Assembly: GCA_004764695.1 (NCBI GenBank)
Contig: SMSO01000034.1
Location: forward strand, 1,364,001 to 1,428,000
Direction: 5' to 3'
Length of the DNA: 64,000 nt
Origin: Schizochytrium sp. TIO01
Taxonomy: Eukaryota > Protista > Bigyra: Labyrinthulomycetes
The position numbers and the translations under genes are program-made. Under the pieces are notes generated by a model. It did no database searches. It had not been told where the DNA came from and saw nothing but the letters and a program-made list of their open reading frames with translations. How positions within the stretch are numbered: position 1 is the stretch's first letter; every line of letters starts with the position of its first letter. Positions 11,430 to 23,062 of the stretch are shown here, piece by piece.

Positions 11430-12669
11430 GCATCGTTTGACTGCCTGGCAAAGTATCAACATAATTTGTCTGTAGCATTTAGATTCTTTTCAACTTAATT
11501 CTTATGTTTATCCCCTTTGATATCAGCACTTCAATTCAATCCAGGTTTTTATTTTAATTCATGTATCGAGACGCTTCAAAGGTATGTTTCATATTTCGGG
11601 GATTCTATGTGTTTGGTGGAATCTATATGTATGGCTTTCACGAGTAGAGTCTCTTGAGTAAGGGATAAGGGTCGCACTAAAAGTATTGATTGCGGACCAG
11701 GATACAATGAGACTAGTATGAAGAAGGCCGATCGGTGCTAGGCAAGTAGCGTTAGACATATGATGAGTATGAGGATATTGCACTTTTAAAAAAAGTAGAC
11801 AACTCTTCTTCGATGCAGGTTTACTTCGTTTCGGCAGATTTTTAGTCTTACAGAACAGTTTTCGAGTTGCTAGTATAAACCATGTATGCACCTTATGGAT
11901 CGAGGAACAGACAAAAATTACACTTTAGATGAGGACTCCTCAGCTTGAAGCGATTAACTCGAAAAGAGTATTGAAAGCCAATCAATGCATGGAGTAACAG
12001 ATACGATCTTTAATGAGGAACTAAAACAAGTAATACTCCAAGTACAATCCATGAACATGTCCAACATGGTCCTGTTTCTGCACCTTGAATCGTATTACAT
12101 CTATTACAACACTGCACGACGTTTATTCCCACAATTCACTCCCTTGTACAAGGCTAAGTCTTCAAGGTAAAATACCGCGACTATAAAATTAATTTGGAAA
12201 CCCTGTATCTATTCTGATCCTTATATTTGAGAGGTGAAAGTATGCTTTCAATTAATCATTGAGGTTCAAACTTACCCTTTTGAGTAAGAGGCTGTAAGCC
12301 ATTCTTAAAGTTTAAGTTTAAGATAAAATTCAAGTCGAAGCAAAAGCAAAAGCAAAGAAAAGAAAAGGAAACACCCAGAAGAACCGAATTTGAGAACTAA
12401 ATAAAATCTACTCGGCAAGGGACGCCTCTTTTCCGCGTATGTAACACGTACAGTATTGGTACAGCTACGAATTTCTCTGCGCAAAATTGAAGAAACTAAG
12501 CAAAGTAACATAGCTTACATATACATTTCAAGCCCATTTTCACAAAGAAAGTATTGCGGAAAAAACAAAAACAAAAAACAAACATCCGTTACAACTTAAA
12601 AAGGAATACTTCGAAGGCCAATATGCAGCGAGTACCAGAACTTCAAGAAGGAACCAGGGCTTGCACAAG

Positions 12670-13881
12670 ATGGCCGAAAATGACGATGCAGAGAGCTTGA
12701 GTAGCCTAGACAGCGTCACAGAGAAAGAGATCCGTCGGTCTGTGGTTATTGCAAGGCGAAAGAGTGAGGGTCAGAGCGAGGAAGAACTTCAAGCAGGCCC
12801 ACCAGATGATTCAAAGGAGGAAACAAAGCTCAGTAGTGAAGAAGAACGGCTTCGTCGTGAAGAGGAGGAGGAAAAGCGCAAAGTAGAACTAGAAACTGGT
12901 CAAGAGCTTATCCAAGCGGCGAGGCAAGGTAATCTTGATGAGGTCAAGGACATCATCTCCTTTGCTCAAGAAGAAGAGCTTGACATCCTAGAATGCCGTG
13001 TACCACCCCTTTCTGGAAGTGACCCAGCAATACACTGGACGGGATTCACAGCTATTCTATCTGCTGCCAGAAATGGCCATGTCGATGTTGTTCGTTATCT
13101 ACAGGAAGTGGGCTCTGATGTTGAAGCTAAAGATCAGATGTGCTATATGACGCCTTTGATGTGGGCAGCATACTATAATCGTGTAGAAGTTGTTTCTTTG
13201 CTCAAGACTGTAAATCCTAATGATGTAGATGCTCAGTCACGAACTGCTTTAATCATTGCAGCAGACCAGGGGCATATGGATACTGTTGAAATTCTTGTTT
13301 GGAACTCGAGCCTCGACGCCGTTGATGCCTCTGGATCAACACCACTAATCGCTGCAGTTAAAGCTGGAGCCTTTCCTATGGCGAAATTACTTTGTGACTA
13401 CAGTGCAAACATTGAAGCAAAAGACATTGCTCGCCGGACTCCGTTGATGCATGCAGCGCGTTGGGGATTTATTAAAACTCTTAAATTACTGATTAAGCGT
13501 GGTGCTGATGTAGATGCCAGAGACAAGACTGGTTGGACTGCGTTGATGTTAGCAAGTCGTTGGAACCACCCTGCGTGTGTGAGTGTCTTGCTCGAATCAG
13601 ACCCTTCCCTGACTACCAGGGATCGCGTTGTAGGTAAAAATGCTGTCATGTGGGCTGCTGAGAAGCATCGTGACGTGACTGTTTTGAAGATGCTGTTGAG
13701 TGTGGCTACTGAGGAGGTCCTTGCTTGCAAAGATATTTATGGTCACACTGCACTCCAGCTCGTTGTCAATGTTGAAGCTGAAGCACTTATTAAAGACCGA
13801 CTTGCAGAACTTGCAGAAGGACATAGTGATGACGACAATGATGACAGCGATAATGATGACGACGATGATGATGAGTTATGA
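12670..13881 (+). CDS. Ankyrin-repeat protein with acidic tail
   Basis: Repeated TPLMWAA, TALIIAA, TPLIAAV, TPLMHAA and TALMLAS ankyrin consensus units. The first in-frame ATG is at 12670. Confidence 0.92.
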   Translation: MAENDDAESLSSLDSVTEKEIRRSVVIARRKSEGQSEEELQAGPPDDSKEETKLSSEEERLRREEEEEKRKVELETGQELIQAARQGNLDEVKDIISFAQEEELDILECRVPPLSGSDPAIHWTGFTAILSAARNGHVDVVRYLQEVGSDVEAKDQMCYMTPLMWAAYYNRVEVVSLLKTVNPNDVDAQSRTALIIAADQGHMDTVEILVWNSSLDAVDASGSTPLIAAVKAGAFPMAKLLCDYSANIEAKDIARRTPLMHAARWGFIKTLKLLIKRGADVDARDKTGWTALMLASRWNHPACVSVLLESDPSLTTRDRVVGKNAVMWAAEKHRDVTVLKMLLSVATEEVLACKDIYGHTALQLVVNVEAEALIKDRLAELAEGHSDDDNDDSDNDDDDDDEL

Positions 13882-14199
13882 AAATATTGAATAAAATCCG
13901 CTTTCGCAGAAAGGTCGAAGAAAAATGAGGGTAGAGAGAGATTTAAGAGCCTTTTCTTAAATATTTGTCTGGTTGAGCAAACCTACAAAAACCTATGGTC
14001 TGATTGAAACAAGCACGATCTTTATATACCTAGGTGCTAGCTAGATGTTCAGGGCACTTCTATCGTTATCATCCGAAAGAGTCAAGAATGCTAGTAAAAA
14101 GAGAGCAGTATGGTCTTTGATTGTTCACAAGGTATACCTGGAGTTTGTCAGACGATTCACCCATATCCCACCGCTTCATATTTGAACAAACAAGTGAAA

Positions 14200-15900
14200 A
14201 AGCGTAGGCAAAATATTGAAGTTTCTTCATGAGCGCCAGGACTTTCGAGATTTTTTTTACTTCCAAGCGATTGTTCCATCGAACCCTTTGACGCTGATAC
14301 GCTAATTGAGGTAAAAGAGTTTAGTTCCAGTGTAAACACACTGCAGCCGATAGCAGATACACTTTTAAAGGAAGAACTATATAAGAAATACTCAGAACAT
14401 AACAGATAACGAGCCTGCCTCCTGGTCTCAGCGTTCAATTGGAGAACTTTAAATCTGTCCTCCTTTAAACGATATTCACAGTGGCATAGTCCCTGACAGA
14501 AATCAATTGCTAAATTAGGCTTTCTTGAAGCGAAAAGGCATACAAAACTGAGATTACAATAAAATGGACTTGGTCGTCAATTTGCCATGCTCAATAACAG
14601 TTGTCAAATTCTTGTTGGAGAATGTAAATAACATTTACAACGCCATGTGCCATACAAGCCATGCCGAATCGTATCGAAAACCATCGTTGCAAATGAGTAC
14701 TACAAACGGGAGCTTATCATAAATCAATCATGAACCAGGCCCACCAATGAGATCTCCCGAGGTCATAAAAAATTACTAGAACCTATTGCACACGCCCAAA
14801 AGTTTTGCCAATGTGAAGGGGAAATAAACTGGGAACAGCCGTATTTTACACATACACAGAAGAGAACGATGCCAAGTACTTCAGCCAGAGCGAAATCATT
14901 TTCTTTATCCACGTGCGGATCTAATTAAGGTATGTTGATGCTTACCATAGCTATTAACGATCTGGCAAGCGAAGATGTGTGTCCAAATGTGGATTTCTAT
15001 ATAGATGACAAGCATTTATATAATAGGGAGGATTGTGAGCCCAATATAGACAATTATTTACAAACATCTATTAAACTGGGTTCACGCAATGTGTCAAGTA
15101 ATACTGTGATTGACATGCATAAGCAGCTTCACAAGTAATACAGGGGCTTATTTGACATATCTAATTAAGCTCCTGAGATAGTTGCCAATGATATTATGTT
15201 TGCAATGGTAATCTCACCTTTAAAAGTTTAAATTATTTGCTAGGATACCAAAATAGCCTTCAATGTGCAGTTAGTATTTATGGAATACACGAAAATGTGT
15301 CTTGCTCGCTCAATAGAGCAGAGTCACCTAAATTTAACTATTTGACTGTTTTGATGGAGGGATTAAAATATTGTGCGCCTTTGATGATGTAGTCCCTACT
15401 GATGATGCTGACGAGGTTGCTAATAGTTTGAATCTTGGAAATCAAAGGAAGAAGGATACTGCCCTTATACCACCTGAAAAAATAAAGGAGAATATGAAAA
15501 ACAAACCTAAATTCCTCTAATAGTTGCGGGGGTGATAGTAGTGTACAGAATTAAGCACTCTCTCAACCCAAAGAAAAATAGTATCGCAAAACCCGATTGT
15601 CAAAACCTGTCAAATTCAATAAATTGTCATATATTGAGCCAGGCAGAGCAAAGGGAAAGTCCCCGATGCCCCATGAGTAAGTAAGACATTATCCTTTCTC
15701 TCCTAAGTCTAGATAGGAGTAGTTTGAATATGAAATCCAGGAAGATGAAGATATACAGGATCCTGATTTGGGCAAAATTGTTGTCAGAAGACCTCGAAAA
15801 TTATAAGCATTCAGTATAGAAGAGCAAACAGTTTCGCTAGTCAAATCACAGGTGTGGCTGAAAATCAAGAGCATCAAGTCGACAGCGTAAATTCTGTACA
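14200..15900 (+). pseudogene. Possible decayed AT-rich coding relic of unknown family
   Basis: Short protein-like plus-strand fragments broken by stops: EPFDADTLIEVKEF..IADTLLKEELYKKY, NVDFYIDDKHLYNREDCEPNID, DDVVPTDDADEVANSL and IQEDEDIQDPDLGKIVVRRP. No family motif was recognised. Confidence 0.25.
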
Positions 15901-18193
15901 AAACCTAAGAAATAGCGGTGACTTACATAGGTAGAAGCAGCAAAATGATAAATTTCTTGTACGCTTGGTGCTTGAGTGAAAGAACTTTCTTGACAACTAA
16001 TTCATGATATTTTTTTCACTCCGAAAGGAACTCAGCGCACCAGCAAACGAAAATGCTAATCATCCTGAATACCGCCAATCTACGTGTAGGATGAAGATGA
16101 GCTCATAAGACCAATCCGGGGGTTGTGAAAAAGAGTTGATAAGTCCAGAAATGGGAGAAATACGTTTATTAAATGGGATTCTAAAAAAGGAAAAAAACTA
16201 CGAATCTATTCGGTTGCTGTTCTAAAGCCCAGCAATATATACGGAAAATAGATTTACTGCCACGACGAGCAGCTGAAGCAGTGCATGAAATACATCAATT
16301 CGAATTAAACACAATAAAAATTTGTTATAAAAAAATAACAAGATATTTTTCTTAAATTTTTTATTATTAAAATTAATAATATTTTTTAATTAAATATTAT
16401 TTTATTTTATTTTATTTTATTTTATTTTAAATATATATATCTGAGTTTTCATTTAGAAATTGGTCGTTCCAGGCGCTGCGCAGCCAAACCAATTCCCCGT
16501 CTTAGGCCGGCCTCTGAGACTCTTACGTACGGAACTCACCACTCTCACTACTCGGTATAATACGTTGAAATATTTCAGCAAGTTGGAGGGGGAACTCAGG
16601 CCAAAACCATCACTCAATACAGTTCTTTTGATTATTATTAAACATAAAATAAATGCTAGGTATTTGGGTAGATAGATAGGTAGGTTCCTACTACCTACTA
16701 CATTTTTATTTTAGTGAGCTAACTTTAGAGTTAGCTTCATCTGCTTCGAGCTGAAGCAGGTGAAATCGAGGCATTGATTCATTGCATTGCATTGCATTGC
16801 ATTGGTCGATTGATATAATAAAATTAAAATTAGCTCTGTAGATTTCACTCAGGTCAACCAATGGACTTGCGTGCGCTAGACCTTGAGCCCGCACCCGAAG
16901 CTTCTATCCCGTTCGTTTGGTTTGCGCCGAAATGTTCCTTTTGGCAGTTCTTGGGGACCACCAAATTGGTCCATGACCGTATGTATAGTAAGTAGGTAGT
17001 ATCTCCGCACTTGCCAATTTGCAAGTTAGTTCTGCAGGGCTTGCTTGAGCCAAATCGCTCCATTGTGCACCTGGCCGTTGTTAAAAGTGACAGAGCTGTG
17101 AACGCAGTCTTGAAGCTGCTCCGTCTCCGGGAGCTGCTGTTGAAGGCAGACTTGCCGCAAGCAACCTCGTGCAAACGAGGATCCTCGGTGGTCGCTGGCT
17201 TGGCAAACATCCTTGCAGGATTGATGTGGCTCGTCGGAGACGCATGCTTCAGCTGGAGAACTACTCTACTCAGAGCTCAGTTCCGAAGGCCGACTCTGTC
17301 GCTGGTTCTGGATGGTGATGGAAGAGACACGTTGGCGTGGCTTTCGAACTTGAGAGTTGTTAGAGCTCTGCAGACTTTGCGCACATGAGCTGAAAAGTAA
17401 AGTGCCCAGGAGAAGGAGAACTTATGAAGGAAAGTACAGCAACAGCAAGAGAGCCCTGCTGGTATGCATCCGGGTGCTGCGATCTTCGAGTTGTGCTCGC
17501 TCGCAGCCTCGATCGATGGCCACACGTCGAAGATAATTTGGTGCAGTGCGATTCCTTGCTGGTTGGCTGGAGGACTGGTTGCCCGGTGCTGGGGTAGTTA
17601 TGGTCGCCACGGGATCGAGATTTCGTGTGAGGCAAGGGCCCAGTGAGCGCTTGCAATTGATGATGGCAGCTCCGAGTCAGAGACACCAACACCTGATTGA
17701 TCGTGTGCGTATCCAGCTCGCAGCAGAAGCTTGGCACCAGGAGAAGGGCTCGGAGCGCAGGTCTTCGAAGCTGCCATAACTGTCGTTGTTTCCAAGTACG
17801 ACAATGAGAAGGATTTCCTTCCAGAGAATCGGCCGTCCACCTATGAGCTTGAGAACTCCGTTATGGGCGTCAGTCATCGAGCGAGTTTAGTTAATTCATC
17901 GTTGTGTCTTGCCCAATCAAAGCAGGCCACTACCAGAGCCCTCGGACAGCAACTCCTGGCATACTCGTTCACCAAACCGTCAATGATGAAAATGGAGAAC
18001 GCCAAGGCCAGCTTTGGCAGGTAGATAGATATACAACCATGGGCTCAAAGCCGATAGCGAAGTTGAGACGACGTTTCTGTCCAGCTTGATTCACCGCCAT
18101 AAATCTGATCGTAGGAACTGTTAACTCGGCCTGATCCGACTCGAATCGACTAATCTTGACTTCACTCCGCTCGGCTCGGCTTGGCTTGGCTTA

Positions 18194-18239
<46 letters not shown>
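18194..18239. repeat. (GCT)n microsatellite
   Basis: Directly visible. Confidence 0.95.
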
Positions 18240-18241
<2 letters not shown>

Positions 18242-18598
18242 TTCATAATCATTCGTGTGCTGTTTTCACCATCGATTTGCATTCTCGTGTACCAGGCTGG
18301 CCGCTTCTTCCGCGAGCTCTTCTTCTCCTCCTCCTCCTCCTCCTTCTTCTTCTTCTTCTTCCTCCACATAAACCGGTGCTCAGACGTGAGTCTCGGCGGG
18401 ACTCACTCGGGTTCCCGCTGTTCGAGCTTGTGCCTGTGGCCGAGATGCTGCTTTGACCCAAACCTGAAGGTGAACTTGAAACCCATGCTGGCGAGGCTGC
18501 TTTCAGCGTCCGAGCGAGGTCCAAGGCTTCGCGAGGTGACGCCGTGGCGCCATCTTCCTCGACATCGACGGCCTTCTTCAAGAAGCATAGAGACGAAG

Positions 18599-18631
18599 GA
18601 TCAGATCAGATCAGATCAGATCAGATCAGAT
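18599..18631. repeat. (GATCA)n microsatellite
   Basis: Directly visible. Confidence 0.9.
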
Positions 18632-19031
18632 CGACGACAGTTCTTTCTGTACCAAAGTAAAAAGAGAAGCGCAGTGCGGACTCTACTTTAGAAGCCTCTG
18701 ATCTCACATCGACCATCCCAGTTTCGAGGAAGGAGTAGATACGTGTATAGCCGGCCTTCAGACCTGCAGAGTCGGGGCCAATTGCATCGCCAAGCTTGGC
18801 ACCTCAGGCACTTTTCGAGCCGGATCTAGCATCCAATCAGGGCTTCGGTTTGTAAAAATCGTAGTTCCGCTCATTAAAGCAAACACCGCCAACATTCAGA
18901 AATGAGGGCCTTTCAGCTGTGCCATTTGTGTTTGCAAATTCATGCGTAGGCTCTCATCATCTCCTTCGCCAAATCCTTCGCTGATGAACCGCGGCTGCAA
19001 ATGGCAAAGCCTCGCAATAAATAAAGTCAAT

Positions 19032-19109
19032 AAACAAACAAACAAACAAACAAACAAACAAACAAACAAACAAACAAACAAACAAACAAACAAACAAACA
19101 AACAAACAA
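19032..19109. repeat. (AAAC)n microsatellite
   Basis: Directly visible. Confidence 0.95.
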
Positions 19110-19620
19110 TCAGATAGATAAATGCTCTCGCTCGACCTCTCGAGCGATGAAGAGGACGACCCGTTTCCAGTCGCATTGGCAAAGTGGCCAGTTCACGATT
19201 CATGAACCACAAGCCACGATCCGCGATCCTCGAATGCGAAATCTCTATGACATGATCCATGATGTTCCATGATTTGCGCTGCCCATGACTTATGAATCGT
19301 ATATGTCACGAACCGTGATTCGTTATGCAGGAATCCTTCTTCTTCACCGATCATTCTTCGGTATCATATCGTCAAATCACTCATTGCCATTTATCAGTTA
19401 TGATTGTTTTCATCATCCTCATCCATTTTTATTTTTTATTGGAATTCTTTCCTTTCCTTTTCCTTTTTAAAATTGCATTCAGGAACATGTTTTAAATATA
19501 TTATACATATACATACTTTTTTCTTCTTTTTTTATTTGCACGAAGGGCCTGAGCGCTACTAGAATGCTTACCACCTCCTACTATCTGGCATGTGGAAGAA
19601 GAAGAAAAAGAAAGAAAAGG

Positions 19621-19657
<37 letters not shown>
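19621..19657. repeat. poly(A) run of 37 nt
   Basis: Directly visible. Confidence 0.9.
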
Positions 19658-19660
<3 letters not shown>

Positions 19661-19866
19661 ACAAAAAGAAAAGTGAGTGCCTTTGTCTTCAATTGCATCG
19701 GCCGTCTCATCGTTCTTAAAGTCGTTTGTGGGAGTAAATATAAATATAAATAACCAATATGACATACTTTGTTGACAGCACAGCACACCAAAACACAGCC
19801 TAAGTTTGTGGTTACAATCGTTCGATCAGCTCGAAGAAGCCATGGGCGATCTCGAGCTCTGATGAA

Positions 19867-19901
<35 letters not shown>

Positions 19902-20159
19902 GCGTCGCCACCAGCGCATGATCTCCTCCTCAATGTCTGGCAGTGGCAATTGTGGAATTGTGGAAAATGGAATCGTGAGTCAGTGAGTTTCGTAACTGAG
20001 ATCACGAACATCCAAGTTCGGAGTTGCTGGAGGCAGCGCTGTCTCCCGCTGAACCGACCTCGGCACGATCCCTGCAGGCGCCGCGAATGCCTAATCGGTG
20101 AGAAGACATGGACACTAGCTCTTGGCATATATATGGCCAGCGTACTTTCCTTGCCAACT

Positions 20160-20444
20160 TGTAATGCGATTGGTGCAATGCAATCGATGCAATGTAATGT
20201 GATGCAATTGATGCAATGCAATCGATGCAATGTAATGTGATCAATGTAATGCGATGCAATTGGTGAAATGTAATGTGATGCAATTGATGCAATGCAATGC
20301 AATGCAATTGGTGCAATGCAATGCAATGTAATGTGATCAATGCAATGCAATGCAATTGATGCAATGCACGACAATCCAACACAACGCAAGCCAATGCGAT
20401 GCAATGTACTGCAATGCAGTGCAATGCGATGCGACGCAGTGCAA
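20160..20444. repeat. Degenerate (TGCAA)-based pentamer minisatellite
   Basis: About 285 nt of TGCAA, TGTAA, TGCGA and TCGA variants. Confidence 0.92.
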
Positions 20445-21309
20445 CGCAGATTTGCAGACTCACGTATCGCCGACGGTCAATCCAACGATTTCGCGAAGCT
20501 TGAGATCCCGAGCGCTGCGGAGAACTTGAAGGCGGTCATCGGCAGGCGAGAAGGCCCATCCCGCATGCATGTGCAGGCAAAGTTTCCCATGCACGTGGAT
20601 GGGATTGTGTCGTGCGATTGCATCACTGCTGACACTGCTGTGCGATTTGCCACCAGAGAACGTCGACCTCGAGGTCCTCTTCGATTGGGCAACCGATCCT
20701 GCGAATGATGCCCATCGGTGGCGTAAACTCCACGCTGGATGGCCTGCCTCAAGGCGCTTTAGCGAGCTCGCTTCACTGCGCTGCGCTGGAATTGGTTTGC
20801 AGCCGCAGTTCTCCCCTGACAGGTCGGCAAAACCGATTAGCCGCCTGGGTAAATGTAGACAGCGAGCAGACGGTCTCCAAGAAAGCGTCGCCTTCGCCGA
20901 GCATGGCCTCGAGTCGAAGAGCGGCAGCGTCTGCTCAGAGGCAAGACAAATGATGCTTGGACATTAGCCCATCAGTTGAGCAATTCCGGTGTCGCTGCAG
21001 CGTGAGAACCGGAGGCCTTGCTCCTGTCCACGTTGCCGTTCTCCACCTCCACAACGGAAAGCGTTAGGCACAGTGATGTGATAGAAGCATCGCATCGACC
21101 CTCGTCCATGTTCGGGTGCCGCTCAAACGGCCAAACGAAACTGGAGAATCGACGTCTCTGCGGAAATGGTCGCTGCGATGCTCTCTCTGCTGATCTCGTG
21201 TCGATTGCAATGAAGAAGACCGCATCCATTCATTCATTCATTCATTCTATTTTGGTTGAGATTGGGTTGCAGCAAAAGCACATGACAATGTGGAGTCGAA
21301 ATGAACACA

Positions 21310-21377
21310 AATGAATGATGAATGAATGAATGAATGAATGAATGAATGAATGAATGAATGAATGAATGAATGAATGA
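21310..21377. repeat. (ATGA)n microsatellite
   Basis: Directly visible. Confidence 0.95.
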
Positions 21378-21909
21378 AATCGCAATCGCGAGAAGAACTT
21401 CAGACTTTTGCGCTTCGCAGCTCCAAAGAGCTTCAGCCTGGAAGAAGAAAAGCTTTTGCGCATTCATGATCCGAACAAACAAAGCATTCATTACAGGTAC
21501 TTCGTTAGACTCGGCGGGATTAAAATAAAGTCGCGGGAGTTGGAGCAAAGCTCGAGCTGATGCCTCCTCCCTTCGAGGAATCGCAGTTCCTCCGCAGCGA
21601 AAGCGAAACGAACGACAGAAGAACCGACAGGTACTGCAGAAGATAGTTTACTCTTCAAGAAACTTGAACCACTCGCTCACTCACTTGAAATAGAATAAAT
21701 GCAATTGATTCGCTCTTTCTCTTCAGGTTTAGAACTTCGACAATGCTTTTTTCTCTTTCCTCTTTCCTTCGGTTAATTTAATTTAATTTAATTTAATTCA
21801 ATCATAAAAAAAGCTTTTTAAACTCATCGATAAAGATCATTATCATTACGCTACTGGAAACTATAATAGTAATCACAATAATGGTGAGAAAATTCATCAA
21901 TCAAGTAAG

Positions 21910-21940
<31 letters not shown>

Positions 21941-22533
21941 AACTAAGTTAAAAATCAATTAATGAATTTTATTTTTATTTATTTTAAATAAAAAGGATGA
22001 ATGTCCGTCAATCAAAGGTGACCGCCGTAGAACAGCGACGACTGGCTTCTTCTGCACTACATAACCCCTCACCGCCTTTCGTACCCTTCATTACTCACCT
22101 TTAACCTCCGCGTCCTGGGGGTTATTTAGGAAGTGAGTGTACCTGCTTTAAGTCTCCAACGGGACAATAACTAGGTAACATACCCCCTACCACTCTTCCA
22201 CTTTTCTCATTATAATATGTAAACGCGTGGGAAGAGCTAGCCGGTCTGAGAGGTAGGGTGGAAGAAGCAGCAGGAAAAGAGATGGAAGGGGAATACGGGG
22301 AATCATGGCAGGCGCCATCTTAGTTGTGGCGGGAACCAGAATTCGATTTGAGCGTCACCGCCGCCGCCGCTTGGAGCGGGGCCTATTAGCGGGAGCAGGC
22401 GCCAACGGCGTCGTCCTTACGAAGCTTCGAGGCCTGTCTGAAAGCCAAAGTCAAAGCTTGGAGTTTGCCAGCTTGCCTACTGGCCGGCTGCGCTGCCGAT
22501 CGGCGATTGGCGACCTCGGAAATCCTCTCTCCC

Positions 22534-22540
22534 TATAAAA
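22534..22540 (+). promoter_or_regulatory. Candidate TATA box of the Dispatched-like gene
   Basis: TATAAAA sits in GC-rich context with ATTGG (reverse CCAAT) at about 22506. No ATG occurs between here and the start codon at 23063. Confidence 0.45.
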
Positions 22541-23062
22541 GGGTAGAGAAAGGAGTAACTCATCTCGAACCTGAGCTGGCTGAAGAGGAGGAGGCATCGC
22601 AGTCTGCGAAGAAGGCCTCAGACGAGATCCTCCAGCGTGAGTGCTTATTGCAAGTAACCTTAGCTTCTGGTGCTGCAAAGACAGCGTGGTGTTCTCGCCG
22701 AGCACGGTCGTTGGCTTCGTCTTCAATCTTACTATTAGCAGCAATAAGAGCGGTAAACTGAAGACAGCAAACCTCGTGAACTCCGAAGATCTGAACCGAC
22801 TGTGCACACTTGGCGCGCACGTCTCAAAACTAAAAAGCAGAGTGTGGTACTTGCTGGGATCTAAAGAACGATCAGATCTTGAGTAATTGCGGGAATCTGA
22901 CGGCCCGGAGAGTTGGTCAATATTACGAACCAACCAGTCTCGTCAGTCACCTACACACAGACGATTTTTCACGCACCCAAACGCACTTTCTTAAATTACT
23001 GAAGACGATAGTTTCTTAAGTGGACAGAACACGGATACACAGATACACATATTTCGGACACT

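Noticed and set aside
19621-19657. poly(A) run as a LINE/SINE tail
   Set aside because: No RT ORF, Pol III boxes or target-site duplication could be identified.
20160-20444. Possible CRISPR-like array
   Set aside because: It is a degenerate pentamer satellite with no unique spacers and no cas genes.
18121-21548. ORFs with poly-Cys, poly-Ala, FVCL, IALHC and FIHS repeats
   Set aside because: They are translations of stop-free microsatellites, not genes.
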